DNA of 19,093 nt from a virus: the UHGV virus genome UHGV-0806601; one strand, 5' to 3'. A program made the position numbers and the translations under genes. The notes beneath the pieces were generated by a model, which ran no database searches, was not told the DNA's origin, and was given only the letters and a program-made list of their open reading frames with translations. Positions 8,046-15,241 of this stretch are shown here, piece by piece (the stretch's first letter is position 1; every line of letters begins with the position of its first letter).

Positions 8046-9554
8046 ATGGCAGACATTCAGATTGTTAAGGTTAACGAAGTCCGCATGCGTTGCATCGCAG
8101 ATCTTTCTATCAGGGAAGAACTTAATGACTACTTCAAATTCGAAGACCCGAACTTCGTTCCCAACCCCTTTTCTAAATGGGACGGGGTTGTCCGCCTATT
8201 TACCAAGTCATCTGGTCTAATCGATATCGGTCTGCTGTTTGAGGTATTTAAGTTCTGTAAGAACAACGGATACACCATTGAACTGGATCCGGCACTGAAG
8301 TACATTCAGGACATCCCAGATGAAGAAATCCGTGACTTCATCGACAGTCTGCATCCAAAGATCCGCACCGAAAATCACGAATATATCGATGCCGAGACTC
8401 GTGACTACCAGTACGACACCATCGCCAAGGCTATGCGTCAAACCAGATGCGTCTGTGAACTGGCTACGAGTGCCGGTAAGTCCTTTATTCTGTATGTCAT
8501 GGCGCGGTACTACAGGCGGCGCAGAGAAGCTCTCGAAAGTCCTCTGAAGACGCTTATCGTGGTGCCGTCAATCCACCTAGTCACTCAGCTGTACGACAAC
8601 TTCGAAGAGTATGCGCATGGCAGTGATTGGAAGCCCGTTGTTAACACCCAGCTGATTTTTGAGGGCGCGACAAAGGATATCAGCAAACCAATCGTCATCA
8701 GTACATGGCAAGGCATTCAAGACCAGCCGAAGGAATGGTTCCACCAGTTCGGTGATATCGTGGTGGATGAAGTGCACACCTCCAAGTCTGAGAAACTGTC
8801 TTACATCCTAAACAACTGCATCTATGCCGACCAGCGCCTGGGGGTTACAGGTACGCTGGCGAATACCAAAGTTGCCGGGCTTCAGGTGGTGGCTCACTTC
8901 GGGGCGTACCATAAGATCATCACGGCTCGCGATCTTATCAATCTCGGGTACGCCACTGACATCAAAGTGAAGATGATTCAGCTGAAGCACACTCCGGCGG
9001 ATGCTGTTGGTCTGGACGGGGATTATTCCAAGGAAATAGAATACCTTATCACACACCAGTCCCGCAACGAACTGATCGCCAAGATGGCACTGAATCTGAA
9101 AGGAAACGTGGCCATCATGTTCGAACGTATTGATGGTCACATGATGGTCGTGTATGATATGCTGAGCGCAGTCAAGCCCAACGTGTTTGTCATCAACGGG
9201 GAAGTGAAGATCGAAGACCGCCGCCGCATACAGAAAGCGATGGAGGATGGAGAGGACATCACCCTGTTGGCATCATACGGGACAATGCAGCAGGGAGTGT
9301 CGATCAAGAAGCTACACCACCTTGTACTGGCACACCCGAGCAAGTCATATATCCGCGTCATACAGACGTTGGGTCGTCTGATGCGTCAGCACTCCTCTAA
9401 GGACGTCGCGTGGATATGGGACTTAGTGGATGATGCATCGTACAACGCCAGCACGAACCACGCTCTTAGGCACTCTCACGAGCGTTACAAGTTTTACCTG
9501 GCAGAGCGCCACCCTGTGGAATTCATGAAGGTGGCGCTGGGTGATCACGATTAA
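8046..9554 (+). CDS. uvsW: UvsW-like SF2 DNA helicase
   Basis: Walker A TSAGKSF, DEVH box VVDEVHTS, and long collinear similarity to remembered T4 UvsW (e.g. KNLHHVVLAHG.KS.I..LQT.GR vs here KKLHHLVLAHPSKSYIRVIQTLGR). Start placed at the ATG at 8046 with GGAGA upstream. Confidence 0.85.
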   Translation: MADIQIVKVNEVRMRCIADLSIREELNDYFKFEDPNFVPNPFSKWDGVVRLFTKSSGLIDIGLLFEVFKFCKNNGYTIELDPALKYIQDIPDEEIRDFIDSLHPKIRTENHEYIDAETRDYQYDTIAKAMRQTRCVCELATSAGKSFILYVMARYYRRRREALESPLKTLIVVPSIHLVTQLYDNFEEYAHGSDWKPVVNTQLIFEGATKDISKPIVISTWQGIQDQPKEWFHQFGDIVVDEVHTSKSEKLSYILNNCIYADQRLGVTGTLANTKVAGLQVVAHFGAYHKIITARDLINLGYATDIKVKMIQLKHTPADAVGLDGDYSKEIEYLITHQSRNELIAKMALNLKGNVAIMFERIDGHMMVVYDMLSAVKPNVFVINGEVKIEDRRRIQKAMEDGEDITLLASYGTMQQGVSIKKLHHLVLAHPSKSYIRVIQTLGRLMRQHSSKDVAWIWDLVDDASYNASTNHALRHSHERYKFYLAERHPVEFMKVALGDHD

Positions 9555-9922
9555 TCTTGATTCACATAGGCGGGGGTGGCCTCGCCTTCATCAGTTACTA
9601 CACCGAACAATTTATCCAGAGAAGCCAGACATTGTGCGTTCAGGTGTTCACTGATCGTATCCTTCAGCATTTCTTCGCTGCCCAATTTGAATGGCAGAAC
9701 TTTCGCTTCGACGCCATTTTCAAACGTCACCACACCGACATACAGACCAACTTTCAGACCTGTCATCAACCCCATAGGGACAAATCGCGGCTCCGATGGT
9801 AAGTTCTTGTCTGACGCCAGTTGTGTCAGATAAACTGGGGTGCCTGTGGTAAATTGATCTGTGGTGAGGTTGGCGTCTGGCTTACTACACCCGACTGCGT
9901 ATAATCCTACGAACTGTTTCAT
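9551..9922 (-). CDS. hypothetical protein, possibly a lipoprotein (123 aa)
   Basis: Minus-strand ORF with a GAGAG ribosome-binding site. The N-terminus MKQFVGLYAVGC has a lipobox-like AVGC, but the signal peptide is unusually short. Its stop overlaps the uvsW stop by 2 nt (convergent). Confidence 0.4.
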   Translation of the reverse strand: MKQFVGLYAVGCSKPDANLTTDQFTTGTPVYLTQLASDKNLPSEPRFVPMGLMTGLKVGLYVGVVTFENGVEAKVLPFKLGSEEMLKDTISEHLNAQCLASLDKLFGVVTDEGEATPAYVNQD

Positions 9923-10104
9923 ATATTACTCTCGTGTGTTGGTTAACATGACATACATATTATTTCGCGTGCATGTTTAGACCAAATAAATTATTTTTGC
10001 TGTTGAATAAAAACTGCTTTCTTGTTGAACAATGGCGTGGTATTATACGAGTTGTGAGCGTTAGCGAACAACGAGTATTTGTTTTATGAGCGAAGCGAAT
10101 AGGA

Positions 10105-10151
10105 TTAATAAAGATTATTATCTTTAATAAAGGTTATTATCTTTAATAAAG
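10105..10151. repeat. tandem direct repeats with 19-nt period
   Basis: TTAATAAAG occurs at 10105, 10124 and 10143. Two near-identical units of about 19 nt, (A/G)TTATTATCTTTAATAAAG, sit at 10114-10132 and 10133-10151. Confidence 0.6.
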
Positions 10152-10154
10152 TCC

Positions 10155-10175
10155 ATAAATGCCGAAGGCATTTAT
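10155..10175. promoter_or_regulatory. perfect 9-bp inverted repeat (ATAAATGCC gaa GGCATTTAT)
   Basis: Hairpin or palindromic protein-binding site immediately after the tandem repeats, in the AT-rich region between the divergent 9922 gene and gp45. Confidence 0.45.
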
Positions 10176-10283
10176 TAATAACGCGTAGCGCAATTTGCCA
10201 CTTGTTCTATAAGCAAAACACAGCGATACTAGATTGCGTCAAACATGACTTGAACCCCCACTATATTTTGAGGATACATACAA

Positions 10284-10953
10284 ATGCAAGAGATCACTCT
10301 CTCCGAACGTACACTTCAGTTGCTGGCCAACTTTGAGACCATCAACCCATCTATCGTTCTGACACCGGGCAAGATGCTGCGCAGTATTAATGATTCTTCT
10401 ACTGTGATCGCCGTGGCGCAGATCGAAGAAGACTTCCCGTTTGAGTTCCCGATTCTGGACCTGACCAAACTTCTGGCCATCCAGCGCCTACCTTCCTTCA
10501 AAGGTGCCAAAGCCGAATTCCATCAGGACTACATCCTGTTGAAAGGCGAAAGTTCTCAGCTGCAATTCTGGCGTTCTGCTAAAGAACTCACGGTTGTCCC
10601 GGCTGATACTATTTGAACTGCCGTCTGTCGACTTTGAAGCGATCATCACTCCAGAGAAGATGAAAGAACTGACCCGCGCCTGCTCTACCCTAGGACATAA
10701 GACTGTGCGTCTGGTTGCTCAGGGTGGCAAAACACGCCTGGTTGCAACCACCACTACCCTGGACAACTCCAACAACTACACTGTTGAGCTGGGCGAAACC
10801 GCGCTGCCGGACTTCGTAATGCCACTGGATGTTGCCAACCTGAAAATGATCGAAGGCAACTACACTCTGCGTGCATGTGCTGATCTACAAATGGTGAACT
10901 TCCAATCATCCGACGCGACGATCAATTACTTCGTCGGCGCACAGATTGAGTAA
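10284..10953 (+). CDS. 45: sliding clamp (gp45 homolog), reading frame interrupted by a one-base frameshift near 10611-10616
   Basis: Two adjacent ORFs (10284-10616 and 10594-10953) together align collinearly with remembered T4 gp45 (FWRSAKELTVVPADTI / ELPSVDFEAIIT vs T4 FWPAADPSTVVAPNKPIPFPVASAVTEI). The second has no ATG (the track uses TTG). The shift maps to the T-run ACTATTTGAACTG. Confidence 0.7.
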
Positions 10954-10969
10954 TCAATCTCCAGCCTGA

Positions 10970-11002
10970 TGCTATAATGTGTGGGCGGGGGAGTTCCCCG
11001 CC
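10970..11002 (+). promoter_or_regulatory. extended -10 element (TGCTATAAT) followed by a GC-rich hairpin between gp45 and gp44
   Basis: TGcTATAAT at 10970-10978; hairpin GGCGGGG (10984-10990), loop GAGTT, CCCCGCC (10996-11002). Function (promoter, attenuator or RNA processing) is not resolved. Confidence 0.3.
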
Positions 11003-11034
11003 TATTTGAAATGATTCTTCTACACGAGGCTGAA

Positions 11035-12024
11035 ATGTCTAATATCACTATCGTTTCCGACCAGTACGCATGGGAAAACAAGTACCGCCCTGACAACCTG
11101 GACGAGATTATCATCCCTCAAGACGTCCGCGCTAAAATCCATGGCTACATCACCAGCGGCAACGGCAACATCCCGTCTATGCTGTTCTACTCTCCTCAGC
11201 CTGGTACTGGCAAGACTACCTCCGCCCTGGCCGTGTGTAATGAAATCGGTTGTAAGCAACCACTGATGATCAACGCATCCCTGGACAACAGCATCGACGT
11301 TATCCGTGACCGCGTGATTCAGTACTCTACTGGTGTGAGTGTATTCGGTGGCCGCAAAGTCGTTATCCTCGACGAAGTAGAGCGTCTGTCTATGGCGGCA
11401 CAGGAGTCGCTGAAGGGTATTGTGGAGAAGGTCTCCAAGAACTGTTCATTCATCTTGACCACCAACGCCAAGCAACGTGTGAACGAACCTCTGCGCTCTC
11501 GTTGCCGTGAAATCGACTTTATCTGGAATGAGACCGAGGCTGATGAGGTCAAACTTCAGTTCATGCGCCGCTGTGCTGAAATCCTTCGCTGCGAAGGTGT
11601 TGAGTATGACCCTCCTGTGTTGGCTGCTATTGTCAAGCGCCATTTCCCTGATAACCGCCGCATCATGGGTGTTCTACAGGATAACGTCACCACTTACGGC
11701 AAGATCGACGAACGTGCACTGGCTGTGTTAAAATCGGCCGATATGGGCATGTTGGTGAATATGTTGAAGGATAATGACTGGGCTGGGATGAAGCAGTGGG
11801 TGACCGACAACCAGAACTATATCACTGAAGACTTCTATTCCCGCTTCTTCCAGTTCTGTGTACCACAGGATAAAGAGAAGCAAATGTTGGTTCAGAATGA
11901 GTCTATCCCTGATCTGGTATGCGTATGTGGTCAGTCTCAGATTGAACACCGTCAAGTCGGCGATGTCTGGCTGCATGCTGTGTTTTTCCTGACCAATGTC
12001 ATGCTCAACATCAAGTGGAAGTGA
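11035..12024 (+). CDS. 44: clamp loader large subunit (gp44 homolog, AAA+ ATPase)
   Basis: KYRP..LDE...P motif and Walker A PQPGTGKTT, matching remembered T4 gp44 (EQKYRPSTIDECILP...SPSPGTGKTT), plus DEVER and SRC motifs. Start placed at the ATG at 11035 with GAGG upstream. Confidence 0.85.
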   Translation: MSNITIVSDQYAWENKYRPDNLDEIIIPQDVRAKIHGYITSGNGNIPSMLFYSPQPGTGKTTSALAVCNEIGCKQPLMINASLDNSIDVIRDRVIQYSTGVSVFGGRKVVILDEVERLSMAAQESLKGIVEKVSKNCSFILTTNAKQRVNEPLRSRCREIDFIWNETEADEVKLQFMRRCAEILRCEGVEYDPPVLAAIVKRHFPDNRRIMGVLQDNVTTYGKIDERALAVLKSADMGMLVNMLKDNDWAGMKQWVTDNQNYITEDFYSRFFQFCVPQDKEKQMLVQNESIPDLVCVCGQSQIEHRQVGDVWLHAVFFLTNVMLNIKWK

Positions 12025-12028
12025 TATT

Positions 12029-12451
12029 ATGGCCGCTCTTGGATTGTTCGATTACCTGGCTGCTCTGAACAGCAGCAAAGAAAACCTTTTGCGGTCTGAT
12101 GACCCAGAAGTGTTGAAAGGATTCGACCCGTTTATGACGCGGCGTGGTTTAGCTCAGAGCAAAGACACTCTAGTGGCTGCGCAACAGATGAATAAGCTAC
12201 ATGCTATCACTCCATGGATGCAATGGTCATATGCCTTTTACACCATTCCGGCTCGGAAACGCTACGACAAATGGTCTAAGAAAGGTCCGATTGATCCTGA
12301 CGTGAAGTTACTCTCCGAGTACTTCTACATCAGCATGGAGAAGGCATCGGAGTACGTCCGTTTCTTGCCGAAGGAAGTCCTGGCCGAGATACGCGAGAAG
12401 ATGAGACGCACTGAGCTGAACGCCAAAGCGAAACCGCGCAAGGCTAAATAG
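12029..12451 (+). CDS. 62: clamp loader small subunit (gp62 homolog)
   Basis: Position immediately after gp44 as in T4. PARKRYDKWSKK resembles remembered T4 gp62 PRGKRYGKWAK. The start is ambiguous between 11996 and 12029. Confidence 0.6.
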   Translation: MAALGLFDYLAALNSSKENLLRSDDPEVLKGFDPFMTRRGLAQSKDTLVAAQQMNKLHAITPWMQWSYAFYTIPARKRYDKWSKKGPIDPDVKLLSEYFYISMEKASEYVRFLPKEVLAEIREKMRRTELNAKAKPRKAK

Positions 12452-12480
12452 TTCAAACTATTGTAAAAGGGGAATGAGTC

Positions 12481-12945
12481 ATGGCGCGTAATACGCTAGA
12501 CATATTGAATATTTCAGCAGTCAACGATGAGGCCAGCATCGTTGATTGTATGGTTGAAGTTCAATTGAACCAAGATCGGCCAGGTATATTCCTGGGGATC
12601 AAGGAAACACTGAGTCGAATTGGGGTAAACACGCGCCAAGAGCCGAATACTCTGTATCAGACTTGCCATATTCTTCATAAGTGTGGTAAGTATTATATCG
12701 TCCACTTTAAGCATCTATTTATGCTGGACGGGCATTACAACGGATTTAACCGCGAAGATGTCCTGAGGATGAACCGAATCATCAAGCTGCTGGAGCAGTG
12801 GAACATGGTGAAGGTCATTCATCCTGAGCAGGTCACCGAAGCAGCCGATATGTCTCGCATTAAAGTGGTTAAACACGATCAGGTTCCTGAATGGAAGCTG
12901 GTTCCAAAATACATCATCCGGCCTACGAAGGCAAAAAGCGAATAA
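12481..12945 (+). CDS. regA: RegA translational repressor homolog
   Basis: KETLSRIGVNT...LYQTCHILHKCGKYYIVHFK and EWKLVPKYII match remembered T4 RegA (KETLTRMGIAN...LYQSCHILQKKGLYYIVHFK; EWKLVPKYTI). An alternative start at 12550 would match T4 length better. Confidence 0.75.
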   Translation: MARNTLDILNISAVNDEASIVDCMVEVQLNQDRPGIFLGIKETLSRIGVNTRQEPNTLYQTCHILHKCGKYYIVHFKHLFMLDGHYNGFNREDVLRMNRIIKLLEQWNMVKVIHPEQVTEAADMSRIKVVKHDQVPEWKLVPKYIIRPTKAKSE

Positions 12946-12961
12946 CTGGAGTCGCTATATT

Positions 12962-13834
12962 ATGACAACTACATTTTCTAAGAACGTGAATCTGAATCTG
13001 GCTTTCGGTAATGCAAAGGGCGACGTCACATCGCCTGACTTTGGTAAGATCCGCAATCAGGCGAAACTGGTGCTGGAAGAGACCCGCGAACTGCTGGAAG
13101 CGGCGTTCTTTGACCATGATGTGAAGGTGGAATTCACTGCAACTCCACGAGTCCTGAAAGAACCCGTTGTTGTCGACATCAAAGACATTATGCGCCAGAT
13201 CATGGATGCCCAGGGCGACATCACCACTGTCAACGACGGTTTGGCTCATATTGCTGGTTTCGACGGTGACGAATGCTTACAGCGCGTGTATGCCTCTAAC
13301 ATGAGCAAGTTCATCCGTAATGAAGACGAAGTTGTGCCTGCACTGGATTACTACTACAACAAAGGCTTCCCACGCGAAAGTCTGCGCATCGAAGGGGAAT
13401 TCCCTCAGGCGTGCATCAAAGTGGTGAACACCATCACCGTCGACGGCAAAGAGTACCCGGCTGGCAAGTTCCTGAAGAACATGGCAACCTTCAAAGAGCC
13501 TGACTTCTCTGATATGTTGACCACCGAGCCTAAGCGCCAGATCACCGAAATCATTCTGACGGGTACGGCCATTCCAGGCCAGCTCGGTTCTAACGAACAC
13601 GCTGGTGTTGCCTTCGCTCCTTTCGATTTTATTGACGAGATCATGGGATACACCAAGATGGGCTTCCAGGCGTTCTCTGGCGAAACAGTCGAGAGCTACA
13701 TTCCCGTGTTTGTTTTCAATGAAGACAACTTCCCAACTCTACCGTTGATCTGGGGTGAATGGAAAGCCAACGTCCGTATCTATGTGGCCAGCCCAGTGCA
13801 ATCATCTATCACCCAACTGACCCGTATCGATTAA
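12962..13834 (+). CDS. hypothetical protein (290 aa) with a possible MazG/HisE-like NTP pyrophosphohydrolase N-terminal domain
   Basis: An EExxExxE helix (LVLEETRELLEAA) followed by an Asp-rich helix (DAQGDITTVNDGLAHIAGF) is reminiscent of all-alpha NTP pyrophosphatases. The C-terminal 150 aa is unassigned. GGAG ribosome-binding site. Confidence 0.45.
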   Translation: MTTTFSKNVNLNLAFGNAKGDVTSPDFGKIRNQAKLVLEETRELLEAAFFDHDVKVEFTATPRVLKEPVVVDIKDIMRQIMDAQGDITTVNDGLAHIAGFDGDECLQRVYASNMSKFIRNEDEVVPALDYYYNKGFPRESLRIEGEFPQACIKVVNTITVDGKEYPAGKFLKNMATFKEPDFSDMLTTEPKRQITEIILTGTAIPGQLGSNEHAGVAFAPFDFIDEIMGYTKMGFQAFSGETVESYIPVFVFNEDNFPTLPLIWGEWKANVRIYVASPVQSSITQLTRID

Positions 13835-13857
13835 GATATACAGTTATTCACTAAACA

Positions 13858-13886
13858 ACAGAGGCTATAATGGCCTCTGTTTTCGT
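13858..13886 (+). terminator. rho-independent terminator
   Basis: Stem ACAGAGGC / GCCTCTGT with a 7-nt loop, followed by TTTTCG. Confidence 0.5.
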
Positions 13887-13902
13887 ATTCTAAGAGGATA
13901 CC

Positions 13903-15126
13903 ATGAAAGATAAAGCCCTAGACGTCCCGTACTGCGGTGTCCGTGAAGAAAAGATAAAGTCGGCCAAACCGGTTCTCAGTCCGACCCATACCCGCCTGTC
14001 TTACGAATGGATGAGCGAGCGCTATAAGATCCACGTCAAGAAGGATGTCCAGCGCCTTCCTGCTCCTTGGACTGATAATCCCATATTACGGCAGGTCAAG
14101 TTCTGTAATGTCCGGAGAGAGCACGACAGGCAGTCTCTCAACCTGATCAACAACATCGTCAACAACGATGCTCTGGGTATGGCCGACAAGATGTTCAACT
14201 GCGTGTTGTTCCGCATGTTCAACCTCTGGGATCCAATCCAGGCTATTGGCGGCGCGATGACGATCAAAGAATTCGCCAAGATCAACCTCGATACAACCCG
14301 CGAACGACTTCAGAAGTTCGAGGCCGACGGTGGTAAGGTATTCACCAATGCCTTCAACACGGGCGGCCTGAAGCAATGCCTGGCTTTCCCTGAGCTGGTT
14401 GTCAACCACAAAGAGCAGCGCTTCGGTGGGATGATGGTGAAAGTGTATCGCGTTGGCCAGGGTATTGTGGACGAGATGGACTACAAGGTCGCCAAGAAGC
14501 TGGTCGAAGAGAATCCTGGTGAATATACCATCGAGGGATGGGAACCGTACATGCCAATGCGTGTCATCCGCTCCCTGAAGGCATTCGTCAACAAGTATCC
14601 AAATTATTTCCATGACCTGCTGCGCCTTGGTACTCCTTTGGAAGTATACCAGCGCATGTACGACGACATCGAAGGGCTTGGTCCATTCTTGGCCTATCAG
14701 ATATGGGTTGACTTCACGTACATGCCGGGTTATCCGTTTAGTGAGAACCACTTCACGGTTGCTGGACCAGGCTGTCGCGCAGGTATTGATCTGCTGTTCC
14801 TGAACAAAGACGGTATGACTCACGAAGAATGCATCTTCTGGCTACGGGATAATCAGGACGCAGTGTACTCCCAATATGGGTATGTTCGCGAGCAATTCTG
14901 GTCGGCCGAAGAGCCTGTAGATCAGTGCATGAACGTTATGCAGCTGGAGAACATGTTCTGTGAACTGAGCAAGTACACCCGCTGTGTTGAGGCTGTACAG
15001 CAAGGTAAAAAACCGCGCGGGAAGGTCAGCTATGACGGCGGTGGGGAATACAAAAAGCGCTGTGATGAAGTCGTGCTCAAACGCGGTTCCGTCAATTTGC
15101 TGGACCGTTTGAAGAAACCTGAATAA
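13903..15126 (+). CDS. hypothetical protein (407 aa) with a helix-hairpin-helix-like motif
   Basis: YDDIEGLGPFLAYQIW fits the HhH signature h-x-x-h-x-G-h-G-x-x-x-A. Strong AGAGGA ribosome-binding site. No T4 homolog recognised. Confidence 0.5.
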   Translation: MKDKALDVPYCGVREEKIKSAKPVLSPTHTRLSYEWMSERYKIHVKKDVQRLPAPWTDNPILRQVKFCNVRREHDRQSLNLINNIVNNDALGMADKMFNCVLFRMFNLWDPIQAIGGAMTIKEFAKINLDTTRERLQKFEADGGKVFTNAFNTGGLKQCLAFPELVVNHKEQRFGGMMVKVYRVGQGIVDEMDYKVAKKLVEENPGEYTIEGWEPYMPMRVIRSLKAFVNKYPNYFHDLLRLGTPLEVYQRMYDDIEGLGPFLAYQIWVDFTYMPGYPFSENHFTVAGPGCRAGIDLLFLNKDGMTHEECIFWLRDNQDAVYSQYGYVREQFWSAEEPVDQCMNVMQLENMFCELSKYTRCVEAVQQGKKPRGKVSYDGGGEYKKRCDEVVLKRGSVNLLDRLKKPE

Positions 15127-15241
15127 AGATTCCCTTTACTTCGTTCTTCAATAACTCTTTTCAACGTATTATTGACCTCACTTAAACGAAGCGCCCTGGC
15201 AAACGGGGCGCACATTTGAACTGAAACAGGAAGATTACATC

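Noticed and set aside
8808-9361. Minus-strand ORFs inside uvsW
   Set aside because: Nested antisense to a confidently identified helicase gene.
10239-10267. T4-type late promoter (TATAAATA) upstream of gp45
   Set aside because: No exact TATAAATA was found by eye. The nearest matches (CATAAATG at 10154, TATATT at 10262) are imperfect, so no call is made.
9923-10283. tRNA or CRISPR array in the large intergenic region
   Set aside because: No GTTCGAnTC-type T-loop or cloverleaf was seen, and the repeats are only two to three contiguous AT-rich units without spacers.
10590-10625. Programmed ribosomal frameshift in gp45
   Set aside because: No slippery heptamer or downstream structure is obvious, and a second unrelated gene has the same kind of homopolymer interruption. 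Sequencing error is more parsimonious.
14086-14823. 245-aa minus-strand ORF
   Set aside because: Entirely antisense to the 407-aa plus-strand gene, with no ribosome-binding site; the plus-strand gene has a strong one and a protein-like motif. High-GC coding regions often lack antisense stops.
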